A DNA stretch of 64,000 nt. It comes from the human T2T-CHM13v2.0 reference genome, Homo sapiens. Position 1 is the stretch's first letter, and each line of letters begins with the position of its first letter. This document shows, piece after piece, positions 45,036-58,490 of this stretch. The DNA lies in the NCBI RefSeq assembly GCF_009914755.1, contig NC_060932.1. One strand, given 5' to 3'. Under the pieces are notes generated by a model. That model was given only the letters and a program-made list of their open reading frames with translations. It made no database searches and was not told where the DNA came from. The translations under genes were made by a program, and so were the position numbers.

Positions 45036-45312
45036 GGCCCAGCTGTTTGGGAGACCCAGGTGAGAGGATCACTTGAGGCCAGGACTTCAAGAGCAGCTGG
45101 GGCAACATAGCAAGACCCCATCTCTACAAAACAAAACAAACAAACAAAAAAACTTAACCAGGCACGTGGCGTGTGCTGTAGTAACAGCTACCCCAGAGGC
45201 TGAGGGAGGAGGATCACTTGAGCCCAGGACACTGAGGCTGTGGTGAGCCATGATCATACCACTGCACTCCAGTCTGGGTGACAGAGCCCTTAAAAAACAA
45301 AAACAAAAAAAT
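45036..45312 (+). mobile_element. AluJ-type, 5' shortened
   Basis: GAGGATCACTTGAGCCCAGG; TSD ACAAAACATTACTG/ACAAAATTTACTG. Confidence 0.85.
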
Positions 45313-46390
45313 ACACACACAAAATTTACTGAATGTAGTACAGCTTACCAAAATTAAATGACTCTTTCAATTATCTATGTTTTAAACCATTAATTTTTGT
45401 CCCAAGAAATTTTCTGCTCCTGAAAATAATGAAAATAAACCGGAGAACAAAGAACTATTAAAAATAAGAAACATTTTACAAAGTTTGTTTCTTTTTTTTC
45501 CCATGAATATTGTCTCTGCTTTACCAAAGAAAAGCAAATCAGTAAGCTGAAGAGTTTCCCTAAAAAATTGAGATCAAATTTGGTTCAAGATATTAACAGA
45601 AATCCCTTTGTTTCCTCTTCTACTAAATAAATGCTGAGCAAATATTTAAGAAATATTAATTTGATGATATCATCCCCTCTAGCGTACCCTCTTGTCTTTA
45701 TCTGGCTCTGATGAGCACTGCTCCTTAATCTTTCTAATGTGACTGTTTAGAGGAGTGTTCCTTCTTCTCACTCTACACAGGAGAAGGGTTGAATAAACAT
45801 CCTAAAATCTAGATTTCTTCCAAGCCACTTTTTATTTTTCTAGCAATTATTCCTTCAGGCAGCACTTTAGTTTGGTTTGACACAGTCATGTCATCTAAGG
45901 ATAATTCAGGGAACACTGGCACCTAATATCTAATGAATAAGCACTGAGCTTATATGTAACCTGGATGCCACCCCCTTCTATCCCTGTTATTTGAGATGAG
46001 GAGTGCATGGAGCTTCTCCCAGGAGAATCATGGGGAGTTTATCACCTAATGAACCCTTCTTTCCTAAGGAACAGTCCAAAGTAGATTTGATTATTCGGTT
46101 GGCTACTGAAATTCTCTAAAGCTACCAGTTCCTATTTCCTCTGCCGCTGTTTTTGTCCTGTGGTCTCTGCTTTCTCAACTGCATGGCCAGCATGCACTGG
46201 TGGTATTCTATTTCCTAGCATGGCCCTTGAAGTGCAGCCCTCTGCCATCCTTCTGAACATTTGCCATACCCCATCATTTGAGATCTTTTCTTACCTCCTT
46301 GTGGGCTTCATCTCTTTCCTTTTCTATCACTTGTGTGTTGCACAAAACAGTGGCGAGGGAAGAATGTTTCCCCACTTTTTATGATAAAGG

Positions 46391-46842
46391 TATGTCTTGG
46401 TTTTCTAAGGCTGCTGTAACAGATTACCACAAACTGAGTGGCTTAAAGCAACTGGCGTTGATTCTGCCATAGTTTTGGAGATGAGTAGTCCAACATGAAG
46501 GTGGTGACAGGAGCATGCTCCCCTGGAGGGTCTAGGGGAGAATCCTTTGTCATCTCTTCCAGCTTCTGGTGGTCCCAGGAGTTTGCTGGTTTGCAGCTGT
46601 GTAACTCTAATCTCTGCCTTCATCGTTACGTGGCTTTCTCCTCTGCCTCTCTCCCCTGTGTTTCTCTTGTGAAGACACTTCCCATTGGATTAGGGCCCAC
46701 TAGGGTAATCTAGAATGATGCCACCCAGAGATCCTTAATTTAATTACATCTATAAAGACTCTTTTTCCAAATTAATTCATCACAGGTTCCAGATTATGAC
46801 ATGCACATACCTTTTGGGGGAGGTCAGGATTCAAGGCCTACA
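46391..46842 (-). mobile_element. MLT1B/C-type MaLR solo LTR
   Basis: GGCTGCTGTAACAGATTACCACAAACTGAGTGGCTTAAA...GGATTAGGGCCCAC...ATCCTTAATTTAATTACATCT; AAAGG flanks. Confidence 0.8.
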
Positions 46843-46858
46843 AAGGTCTTGTTTTCTT

Positions 46859-47792
46859 TTTTTTTTTTAAGATTTTTCATTTTTTTATTTATTATTATTA
46901 TACTTTAAGTTTTAGGGTACATGTGCACAATGTGCATGTTGGTTACATATGTATACATGTGCCATGCTGGTGCGCTGCACCCACTAACTCGTCATCTAGC
47001 ATTAGGTATATCTCCCAATGCTATTCCTCCCCCCTCCCCGACCCCACAACAGTCCCCAGAGTGTGATGTTCCCCTTCCTGTGTCCATGTGTTCTCATTGT
47101 TCAGTTCCCACCTATGAGTGAGAATATGCGGCGTTTGGTTTTTTGTTCTTGCGATAGTTTACTGAGAATGATGATTTCCAATTTCATCCATGTCCCTACA
47201 AAGGACATGAACTCATCATTTTTTATGGCTGCATAGTATTCCATGGTGTATATGTGCCACATTTTCTTAATCCAGTCTATCATTGTTGGACATTTGGGTT
47301 GGTTCCAAGTCTTTGCTATTGTGAATAATGCCGCAATAAACATATGTGTGCATGTGTCTTTATAGCAGCATGATTGATAGTCCTTTGGGTATATACCCAG
47401 TAATGGGATGGCTGGGTCAAATGGTATTTCTAGTTCTAGATCCCTGAGGAATCGCCCTACTCATCTGACAAAGGGCTAATATCCAGAATCTACAATGAAC
47501 TCAAACAAATTTACAAGAAAAAAACAAACAACTCCATCAAAAAGTGGGCAAAGGACATGAACAGACACTTCTCAAAGGAAGACATTTATTCAGCCAAAAA
47601 ACACATGAAAAAATGCTCACCATCACTGGCCATCAGAGAAATGCAAATCAAAACCACAATGAGATACCATCTCACACCAGTTAGAATGGCAATCCTTAAA
47701 AAGTCAGGAAACAACAGGTGCTGGAGAGGATGTGGAGAAATAGGAACACTTTTACACTGTTGGTGGGACTGTAAACTAGTTCAACCATTGTG
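46859..47792 (-). mobile_element. 5'-inverted (twin-primed) L1PA2-type LINE-1
   Basis: T tail at 46859; antisense 3' block to 47456 (GAG diagnostic); sense block 47456-47792; perfect 17-bp TSD AAAGGTCTTGTTTTCTT (46842-46858/47793-47809). Confidence 0.95.
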
Positions 47793-48436
47793 AAAGGTCT
47801 TGTTTTCTTAGTGTCTGCATTTGCACTGTAACAACTCTTACTCAGCTTGCTTTTCAGTTCTCACCTCCTCCTCTGGAGAAAATTCAATTAAGGCATATCA
47901 AGTGTTGAATCACAATGTGATACATGCAAAAACAAATTGTGCCTGATCTAAAGATTCAAAATAGACCCAATCTTAGAACGATACACCCTGTATATGCTTT
48001 GTCAGCTGTAATTAATTTGATATTTGGTATGATCTCATAGCCACGGAATGTCATTACATTGTGCATACAGTAAGCTAGCTGCTGTCCCTCCCTCTAGAGG
48101 ATGGCATGGAAGATCCACAGCTGTCACGATATCCTGCTTGACTTACCAGGCTGCGGCTGTGGCCTGAAAGCCCTAAGGGAACAATCTGGACTTACGATCT
48201 TGGTTGTCTTGAGGCTGAAAAGATATGCCTGCAATCTTTGTCACTGCCTAAAATACAAGCTCTTCCAGTCACTGTTTAATTTTCTCTATAGTCACTCCAA
48301 GAATGTGCCAAACTTTCTCTTTCTCTTTTAATTCAGTCAGCATCCTGCTAGTCCTTTCCCTCTGAAATTCATCTCTGCTATCTTCTTGAATGCACCTTCA
48401 AGATAAGCAGACTAATTTACGTAGTTAATTCTGACC

Positions 48437-48632
48437 CCAGTGCTCCTACGTAAGGTAATCGCCCCTAAGTCTGTTGATCATCAGAAGTTCTGAAGAGTAT
48501 TTAAAAATACTTGCTGATTTCCAGGGCTTATTCTAGACCTACTGAGTCAGAATGTCTCAAGTCACAGGACTTCGGTTTCCAAATATTCTCCGTAAGTTAT
48601 TAATGAATTCATGTGTTGATTAAGGACCATCA
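48437..48632 (+). mobile_element. MER5A-like remnant
   Basis: CATCAGAA...CTAGACCTACTGAGTCAGAAT. Confidence 0.5.
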
Positions 48633-50363
48633 GCATCCATTGGGGATTACAGATATCCACTAATGGGAAATAAAAACAAATTAGCTAGAATGCCTAACCT
48701 TTGGTTTGGCAGGAGAAGTATAATAATATGAAATCTAAACTCAAGTGTCAGATCTTTTAATGGAAAGAACTGTCAAGTCCTATCTGCTTCTTATTCTTAG
48801 AAAAATATTATTCTGTCAAAAGAGTTCTCTCCCACTTGCTACTACCTGTTTATATAAAAAGCAGTTTTATCTTTCTTCAGAGCAGCTTTACAGCAGGTGG
48901 TCCTACAGGGGACTTTTCTGGAGACCATATTTCTTTCCTCCCATAAAGGTGAGAGCAACACAAGAAAGGCTCAGAGTGACATCTCATTTCTATACAAACA
49001 CGCATTCTTGCTTACTCACCTTAAACATTCCATATTTACCTTTATCTGACTTCATCATCAAAACTTGTCAGATTTTCTTTTTTTCCCTAAGAATTGATGT
49101 TAAACAGGTTCTACCAAGTTTTCAACATTACCTTAAATGTCTAAAGTCATTCTAACTGCATTTTATACCTAGAAATCTACTTCAGTTTATGATTCACACT
49201 TGGCTTGGAATTAAGCTATTTATTTAGAAGATGGTTTCTTCCTTTGTTTTGCAGAAAAGCCAGTTTCTCTCTCTCTCTGACTCTTTCTCTCTCTCTCTGT
49301 ATTCTCTCCCCTTCTCTTTGCTCCTTCTTTCTCATTGTTGTTCAAGGTTCAAGCAATGTTTTCTTGTAGTATGTTAAAAGCTGATATCAAAGTTATTTTG
49401 CTTTAGGGAGGAAGGGCATATGGATTAATCTACCATGTACGTATGTCTGGAGTTTTGATAATAAATATGAGAAGTAGATAACATGGATCTATGGAAAATA
49501 TGTTATAATTGTCCTTCTGAAAAAGTCAATACTTATTACCAGTGAAAAACGCATGTCTGTTTATTAAATCTCTTACTATCTTTCCAAGATTCCAGTAACA
49601 AAACAAAAAACAACTTTTTGGTTGTCAGTTGATAATTCACTCATCTTGAATCTCCCTAGACATACTGCAGATGAAACCCAGTGTGTTCATTACCCATGAA
49701 CATGTCTTATTGGAGGACTTTTGACCTTGGGGACCCATTCAGTTCTTTCCTCCTCCATAAACTGTGATGACTAAGTCAGCCCACAGTGACAATGGAGTTT
49801 CTGCCCTGGGTTCCTTCTTTATCACTGTGTATTCATGTATCCAAAGCTTATACTAGCTTCTGCAAGACAAGGATTGTGTCTCAGCAGAGGTAGTTACAGT
49901 GCAGTAGAAAGAACTCTTGATAAAGAAGCAGGTAATTTTTTTGTGAATGTTGCCTTCCATGTCATGTGATCCAAGATTTTCTTCATTTTTTTTTCCAGGC
50001 AAATCAGATGCAAGAAAGAACATCTTAAGGGTCCACTGAAGGTTTGGAGCAGAGAAATGAGCCAATAAATATTTAAAATATTGGAGAACCAGTCTCATCA
50101 TCTAGCTGGTTTTCTCATTAATGAGTTGCATGAATCTTTAACACATGCTTACTTCATGTTTGCATGAATCACATGGTTTTCAGCTTTTTGAAAATTGTAT
50201 TTGACACTTTGGGAGGTTCTACTGAGATTTCCAGTTGGCTTATTTTCTTCAGTCAATTAAGCGCTGTTGTCCAAGAGGACTCTCATGGGCTATTTAGGCT
50301 GACATGTCTTTTCTCAGCTTCTGGAGTGAATCCTCAGAGGCAATACAAATTTGCTTTTATGAC

Positions 50364-50552
50364 CTTTTTTTTTTGTCCTCTTCCATCTCTCCCTTCTTCC
50401 TCGCTTTCTTTTCTCCCTCCCTCCTTCCATCCTTTCCTCCTTCCTCTCTTCCTCCTTTCCTCCCCTCTTTTTACTCTTTCCCCTTACCTTCCTTTCTTTC
50501 CCTTACTTTTTCCTTCCCTTCCCTTTCCTTCCTTCCTCTTTCTTTTTTCTTA
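50364..50552 (+). repeat. Polypyrimidine low-complexity tract
   Basis: ~190 bp C/T-rich (TTCC-like). Confidence 0.9.
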
Positions 50553-51674
50553 ACTCCATGTTTTGTCTTTAATCTCTGTTTCTAACTGGCTGAATTAGGC
50601 TGCAGTTTTAATTTGTTTGTATCCCCTCTGTTATTGCCCTTGGTGGCAGCCATGATTGCTGAGTTTATGATCTGACCGTTGGGTAATCTCCATCCAGTGA
50701 AGATAGGAATCTAGGCTCATTGGGTCAGAGATAACAGAGAATTGTCTTAAATATTTTGTTTGTGTCTTTGTGCAAGAAGATGTCTTGTTTCCACTGGAAG
50801 GTAGAACAGATCTTTAAGATCTGTATTGGTGAATTTATTTTTTTGTTTTCTATGTTTTTCTTCTCCATGGCTAAAGTTATAAAGCAGAAGCTAAAAACTC
50901 TCTGTGTCTGTAATTGAGAGAAGACTTTGCCTCTCACTGGGCAAGTGTGATGTATATATGTGTGCCTGTATGCATATATTAACATACTGAATATAGTAAC
51001 ACATTACATTGTAAAACCCCTTAAAATGTGTTCTGTTCTAATTGGTTTATGTACATTAATAAGAACTTCTTTCAATCTAATACTATTACTCTCACAATCT
51101 AATACTCCCATAACTCCCAGAATAACAAAAAAAACTAAACTTCTAATGTTTTAATTGTGCTAGCATTAAAAAAAATTGCTTCTCATAGAAACTGCTAAGT
51201 CAGAAGCTAAGCTAAGCTCACATGATGAAATGAGCTCTTGAACAAATCAGATACATTTTGGTTTTAAAACATCTATATATATTTCCCTGATTTTACTGGT
51301 GAAGAATATAAAAATTTGCCTTTTATTTTTTTAAGGAAAAATGTAGGTTTTTGTTTTTATTTTCTTAGCTAAGAGACTTGTTATTCTAACCTTTCTAAAC
51401 TTCTTATGCTGTTTTACTTACTAAAGAAGCTTATATTACTCACATGTTTCAGATTATAAGTAATATAATATGTGCTTAAGTTGAATTATCATTCTGACAA
51501 ATGATTTTTATCAATAGCAATTATTTTCTGCAGTGTGTCACTTTAAATAGAGTTGTCCTATTCTGTAGTTAATTTTAAGATCTTATAAATCATATTAATT
51601 GAATTGCTTAATATATAATCTTCAAATACTTGGCTAATTTCTAAGTAAGATAGAATGCTACCCAGAAAAAAAAA

Positions 51675-51738
51675 GTGTGTATGCGTGTCTCTGTGTGTGT
51701 GTGCACGTGTGTGTTTGCATGTATGTGTGTGTATGTGT
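51675..51738 (+). repeat. Degenerate (TG)n
   Basis: Direct reading. Confidence 0.85.
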
Positions 51739-51951
51739 TCTTTGCTTCTTAGCTTCTTATTTTTATCCAATATAGATTGGCTATATCTCTGGGTAATATT
51801 AACAAAGGTGATTATTTTTTGCCACTTTAAGTATGTAGAAGATGTTAAAAAGATATTTGTGGCTGCAGGGGTCATGTTATACATGCAAATGTATAACATT
51901 TTATGATGTCTGATGAGAAAACCGGGTTAGTGCTTGTTCTATGACTTAAAG

Positions 51952-52133
51952 CAAATGTTGGCAAACTGTGACCTGTGGGCCAAATCCAGTCCATTGTCTG
52001 CTTTGTGAATAAAGTCTTATTAGAACATAGTCATACTCATTCATTTACACGTTGTCTATGGAGCTTACCTTGTGGCCCTCAAAGTCTAAAATAGTTAATA
52101 TCTGGCCCTTTACAAAAAGTTTGCTGACCCTTG
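51952..52133 (+). mobile_element. MER58A-like hAT-Charlie MITE
   Basis: TTGGCAAACT...GGGCCAAATCC...CTGGCCCTTTACAAAAAGTTTGCTGACCC; decayed 8-bp TSD ACTTAAAG/GCTTAAAA. Confidence 0.8.
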
Positions 52134-52674
52134 GCTTAAAACTTCCAATCCTTACAGGTAGTAAAACCCTTCCAATCCTTATAGGTTCCTTGGCTGGCCA
52201 GGAATTTTAATAGAGAAGAGAAGAACTTACTCACTTTTACAGACATTGCAGGCAAAACTAGTAGAGACAAATGTCTTGGGTTTCATTTTCTGGCCTCAGA
52301 TTAGAAAAAAAAATAGATAAGAACAATAAAACACATCTCTGAAACAAGAGAAACTCTTCCATTTCTCCAGACAGAAGTTAATTTTCTGGCCTTACAAGTT
52401 GCTTAATGCCATAGGGCTCTAGATTTGCTGACAGTATTGAAAGGTGGCTTATGTATGTTAATTAACACTTTTTGCCACAACTATGTACATGAATCAGGCC
52501 CAAACACAATGAGATCAGCTTTTCATAATCAATAATAATCTTTGGAAATTATTTATAATCAAAAGGGAGACTGTTAAGAATAATTATTCAAACCTTAAAA
52601 CTGTGACAAAGAAAACTGAGTGTCCCCTCAATTTTCTCACAAGCTTACCTGTGGATTATCTAATTATCCAGGGC

Positions 52675-52847
52675 CGGTGTCTTCAAACTTTGACCCACAG
52701 GACAAATATTGTGGTCACCTTTATTGGTAAATTGCCTGTGGCTGCATGTGTAGGCAAAAATGAGTCATTGCTACAGAAACCATGTGGCCCACAAAGCCAA
52801 AATAAGGTAATTTCTGGCCTTCTACAGGAAAAGTTTGCCAACCCCTG
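52675..52847 (+). mobile_element. MER58A-like remnant
   Basis: GTGGCCCACAAAGCC...GAAAAGTTTGCCAACCCCTG terminus. Confidence 0.7.
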
Positions 52848-53319
52848 CTCTTGAAATGTTTCTCTTTGTTTGACTTGCTAGTTACTACTGATAAGGGTAG
52901 TTTTCAACTCTGAAATTGTAGGTGGTGACTTATAGAAAACTGATAGCAATGTAAATGATAGTTGTCTGATAGGAATGCAAAAAAAATTGCTTGGTAGATA
53001 CCCAAAATATTTCTACATAATAAAAGAGATCATCTCTAAAGTTGCAGTTTTATTACACTGTAGAATATTAATTAATTTTGTATGAAAATTAACCATCTCA
53101 TTTAAGCATTCTTTTAGCCATTATAAATAGGTCACTCTCCAATTCTCTTTAAAAAGCTTCACTATTTTGCTTATTTTCTCATTAATTAAATAAATCTGTT
53201 CAGTGCTCACTTTAAAAGCAAAGATGATTAATACAGAATATAATTTTTACCTTCAGAGGAAACACTGATAAAATTCTTACGATGTAGTTATGATTTTAAT
53301 TAATATCAGTCCTGATTAG

Positions 53320-53930
53320 AATAAAAAATGAAACCACATGATAAAATACCATTTTATAGCCATTATTATTGGCAAAGAGTAAAGTCTGATAATATCAAGT
53401 TTTATAGAAATTATGAAAAAAACTATACTTTTTCATGGTTTATGGGATTTTACATTAGTAAAAAGGAAAACCAAAGGATAATTTTCATTTATCTAGTAAA
53501 TTTGAAACTGCAGATAAACTATGACAGAAAGACTTTTCTCCTAAGTATAAACCCTAAAGAAATCTATACATATGTACACAAGGACACATGTACCAGAGTG
53601 TTCATATCACAATTGTTTGTAATATCAATCATGCAAACAAACATGGAAATAAACGTTTTCACCAAAAGCATAAAAATATTTTAGTATATGCATACAACAT
53701 CAAAAATAAATGCATTACAGCTACATGCGATAATATGAAAGAATCCCACTGTATGGTATTGAGTTTAAAAAGCAAGTCAAAGAAGAATATAAACACTATG
53801 ATTGCATTTATGTATAGTTAAAAATCATACAAAACTAAATTATTTAGGGATACAAACATATGATAAAATTATAAAGAAAAGCATGTGAGTTTAACACAAA
53901 CTTCCACATAGTGGCTGTCTCTGAAGGTGC
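53320..53930 (+). mobile_element. Old L1M(E) fragment
   Basis: CTAAGTATAAACCCTAAAGAAAT...AAGGACACATGTACCAGAGTGTTCAT. Confidence 0.6.
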
Positions 53931-53958
53931 AGTAAAAGCTTTAGAACATATCAGAGAT

Positions 53959-54558
53959 TTTTTAAAAAAATTTATTTCTATAGGTTTTGGAGAACAAGTG
54001 GTATTTGGTTACATGAGTAAGTTCTTTAGTGGTGATTTGTGAGATTTTGGTGCACCCACCACCCAAGCAGTATACATGGAATCCAATTGGCAGTCTTTTA
54101 TCCCTCACCCTCTTCCCACCCTTTCCCCTGAGTCCCTAAAGTCCATTTTATCATTCTTATACCTTCACATCCTCATAGCTTAGCTCCCACTTATGTGTGA
54201 GAATGTACAATGTTTGGTTTTTCATTTCTGAGTTACTGCATCTAGAATAATAGTCTCCAGTTCCATCTCGGTTGCTGTGAGTGCCATTAATTTGTTCCTT
54301 TTTATGGCTGAGTAGTATTCCCATCAATAGTACAATGCCCATAAATCAATAAGTGGATAAAGAAATTGTAGTATGTGTGTGTATATATATGTATCTTTTT
54401 ATGGCTGAGCATATATATCATATATATGATGGAATACTATATATATATATATATATATATATGATAGAATGCCTTTTTATGGCTGGGTAGTATTCCATAT
54501 ATATGATATAATACTACTCAGCCATAAAAAGGTGTGTGTGTGTGTGCGTGTGTGTGTG

Positions 54559-54599
<41 letters not shown>

Positions 54600-55951
54600 C
54601 ACAGTTTATCCACTCATTGATTGATGGGCATTTGGATTGGTTCCGTATTTTTGCAATTGTAAATTGTGCTGCTATAAACATGCGTGTGTAAGTATCCCTT
54701 TTGTAAAATGACTTCTTTACTACTTTATCTACTGGTAGATACTCAGTAGGGAGATTGCTGGATCAAATGGTAGTTCTACTTTTAGTTATTTAAGGAATCT
54801 CCACACTGTTTTCATAGTGGCTGTACTAGTTTACATTGCCACCAGCCATGTAGAAGTTTTCCCTTTTCACCACATCCACCCCAACATCTATTATTTTTTG
54901 AGTTTTTTATTATGGCCATTCTTGCAGGAGTAAGGTGGTATTGCATTGTGGTTTTGATTTGCATTTCCCTGGTCATTAGTGATGTTGAGCATTTTTTCAT
55001 GTTTGTTAGCCATTTGTATATCTTCTTTTGAGAATTGCCCTTAGCCCACTTTTTGGTGGGGTTGTTTTTATCTTGCTAATTTGTTTGAGTTCATTGTAAA
55101 TTCTGGATATCAGTCTTTTGTTGGGTGCACAGATTTTGAAGATCTTCTCCAACTCTGTGGGTTGTCTGTTTACTCTGCTGACTGTTCCTTTTGCTGTGGA
55201 GAAACTCTTTAGTTTAATTAAGTCCTAGCTATTTATTTTTGTTCTTGTTGCATTTGCTTTTGGGTTCTTGATCATAAAGTCTTTGCCTAAGCCAGTGTCC
55301 AGAAGGGTTTTTCTGATGTTAACTTCCAGAGTTTTTATAGTTTCAGGTCTCAGATTTAAGTCCCTGATCCATCTTGAGTTGATTTTTGTATAAGGTGAGA
55401 GATGAGGATCGAGTTTCATTCTCCTACATGTGGCTAGCCAATTATCCCAGCACCATTTGTCGAATAGGATGTCCTTTCCCCACTTTGTTTCTGTTTGCTT
55501 TGTTAAAGATCAGTTAGCTGTAAGTTTTTTGGTTTATTTCTGAGTTCTCTATTCTGTTCCATTGGTCTATGTGCCTATTTTTATACCAGTACCATGCTGT
55601 TTTGGTGACTATGGCCTTATACTATAGTTTGAAGTCAGATAATGTGATGCCTCCAGATGTGTTTATTTTGCTTTGTCTTGCTTTGGCTATGTGGGCTCTT
55701 TTTTGGTTCCATATGAATTTTAGGATTGTCATTTTTAGTTCTGTGAAGAATGATGGTGGTGTTTTAATGAAATTGCATTGAATTTTTAGATTACTTTTGG
55801 CAGTATGGTCATTTTCACAAAATTGATTCTACTCATCCATGAGTATGGGATGTGTTTCCATTTGTTTGTGCCATCTAAGATGATTTCTTTCAGCAGTGTT
55901 TCGTAGTTTTCCTTGCAGAGGTCTTTCATCTCCTTGGTTAAGTATATACCT

Positions 55952-55997
<46 letters not shown>

Positions 55998-57687
55998 GCA
56001 GCCATTGTAAAAGGGATTGAGTTATTGTAAAAGGGGTTGAGTTCTTGATTTGATTCTCATCTTGGTCACTATTGGTGTATAGAAGAGCTACTGAGTGTGT
56101 CCAATAGTTTTGTATCCTGAAACTTTGCTGAATTCATTTATCAGTTCTAGGAACTTTTTTGGAGGAGTCTTCAGGGTTTTCTAGGTATACAATCATATCA
56201 TCAGCAAACAACAACGGACTGATTTGGATGCCCTTTACTTCTTTCTCTTGTGATTGCTCTGGCTAGGCCTTCCAGTACTATGTTGAATAGAAGTGATGAG
56301 AGTGGGCATCCTTGTCTTGTTCCAGTTCTCAGAGAGAATGCTTTAAACTGCTTTTTTCCCTGTTCAGTATAATGTTGGCTGTGGGTTTGTCATAGATGGC
56401 TTTTGAGGTGTGTCCCTTGTGTGCCAATTTTGTTGAGGATTTTAATCATAAAGGAATGCTGGATTTTGTCAAATGCTTTTTTTGCATCTATTGGGATAAT
56501 CATGTGATTTTTTGTTTCAATTCTGTTTATGAGGTGTATCACATTTATTGACTTGCATATGTTAAACCATCCCTGCATTCCTGGTATGAAACCCACTTGA
56601 TCATGGTAGATTATCTGTTTGATATATTGTTGGATTCGCTTAGCTAATATTTTGTTAAGGATTTCAGCATCTATGTTCATCAGGGATATTGGTCTGTAGT
56701 TTTCATTTTTGGTTATGTTCTTTTCTGGTTTTGGTAGTAGGGTGATACTGGCTTCATAGAATGATTTAGAGTGGATTCTCTCTTTATCTGGTGGAATAAT
56801 GTCAGTAGGATTGGGACCAATTCTTTGAATGTCTGATAGAATTCAGCTGGGAATCGCTCTGGTCCTGGACTTTTTTGATTGGTATTTTTTTTATTACCAT
56901 TTCAATCTTGCTGCTTGTTATTGGTCTATTCAGGGTTTCTAATTATTCCTGATTTAAGCTAGGAGAGTTGTATATTTCCAGAAATTTATCCATCTCCTCT
57001 AGGCTTTCTAGTTCATGCATTTAAAGGTGTTCATAGTAGCATTGAGTGATCTTTTGTATTTCTGTGGCATCGGTTGTAATTTATCTTTTCAAAAAACCAG
57101 CTTTTTGTTGCATTTGTCTTTTGTATTGTTTTTTGTTTGTTTCAATTGTATTTAATTCTGCTCTGATCTTGGTTGTTTCTTTTCTTCTGCAGGATTTGGG
57201 TTTGGTTTGTTCTTGTTTCCCTAGTTCCTTGAGGTGTGACCTTAGGTTGTCTATTTGTGCTCTTTCAGACTTTTTGATGTAGACACTTAAGGCTATGAAC
57301 TTTCCTCTTAGCATTGCCAGAGGTTTTGATAGGCTGTATCATTATTATCATTCAGTTCAAATATCTTTTAAATTTCCATTTGATTTCATTGTTGACCCAA
57401 TGATCATTCAGAGGCAGGTTATTTAATTTCCATGTGTTTGCATGGTTTTGAAGGTTCCTTTTGGAGTTGATTTCCAATTTTATTCCACTGTGGTCTGAGA
57501 GAGTACTTGATATAATTTCAAATTTCTTAAATTTATTAAGACTTCCTTTGTGGCCTATCATATGGTCTATTTTGGAGAAAGTTCCTTGTGCTGATGAACA
57601 GAGTGTATATTCTGTGGTTGTTGGGTAGATGTTCTGTCAATATCTGTTAAGTTCATTTGTTCTAGGGTATAGTTTAAATCCATTGTT
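53959..57687 (-). mobile_element. 5'-truncated L1PB1-type LINE-1 (~3.7 kb) with degraded ORF2
   Basis: GGTATTTGGTTACATGAGTAAGTTCTTTAGTGGTGATT 3' UTR; ORF2-like peptides on minus strand; TSD TTAGAACATATCAGAGAT (53941-53958) / TTAGAATATAGCAGAGAT (57686-57703). Confidence 0.9.
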
Positions 57688-57899
57688 AGAATATAGCAGA
57701 GATCTACCAAGAACTTTAAAACTAACAGCCATGGTTTCTTTCTTAAATTGAGTGGCAAATAGTTGGAAATTTGGTTTACAGTTACTTTTTAAATCTTATA
57801 AATTTTCTTTTTAAAATCATCAACATATAATAAAAATAAATACTTAAAACTAACAGTCTTGCAGTAACCACCAAGATTTGAGGCAGCTGGAGCTTCATC

Positions 57900-58490
57900 T
57901 ATCAGTCAAGACTCTTTAGGTTGCAGATGAACAACAGCAAAAACAGGTTTGAGCAAAACAGCAATGTACTGGCTCAAATAAACGTAAAATCTAGGGCCTC
58001 AGCCATAGCTCAATGGGAAGGAATGTGAGGGAAGAGCATGGCCAAGCTATGCCACCTGATCCTGACATCTCTGAGCTCTACTTCCTCTTGGTGTTGGACC
58101 CATTCTGGGATGGCTTTCCTCCTGGGTTGGCCTGATGGCTGTAGGGATGCCATTATCACATTTTCTAGGTTCAGGCCTTCAAGCATCATAGAAAATAAAA
58201 CTTGTCTCTTATCCAGTAGTCCTGGCACATGTTTTTACTGTTGCATTGGCTCATTTTGGATTATATGACCATTGTTGACCAGCACTAGTCAGAGGTATAT
58301 AGCGTTCAGATTGACTGGAACTAAACCATGTGTTTACTCCTTGAGCTGGAAATGGAATTAGCTCCATTAGATGTGCATAAGCAGGAGTGGAGAAGAGACA
58401 AATCGCCAGAAAAAAATAAAGATTATTTTGCCAAAAGAAGGCAAATCCAGTCTAGGTGGCCAAAATTAAAAACCAAACCAACTGCAGAAT
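57900..58490 (-). mobile_element. Old MaLR LTR (MLT1K/L-like)
   Basis: ATCAGTCAAGACTCTTTAGGTTGCA... start typical of antisense MLT1J-L. Confidence 0.5.

Noticed and set aside
50634-50650. CTCF-like motif TTGCCCTTGGTGGCAG
   Set aside because: One base short of, and mismatched to, the CCASYAGRKGGC core in either orientation.
52136-52186. Imperfect ~27-bp tandem duplication (CTTCCAATCCTTAYAGGT twice)
   Set aside because: Only two copies; an ordinary slippage duplication next to a MER58, not an array.
54812-57561. Several minus-strand ORFs with RT/EN-like peptides
   Set aside because: Degraded ORF2 fragments of the old L1PB1 with many stops and frameshifts.
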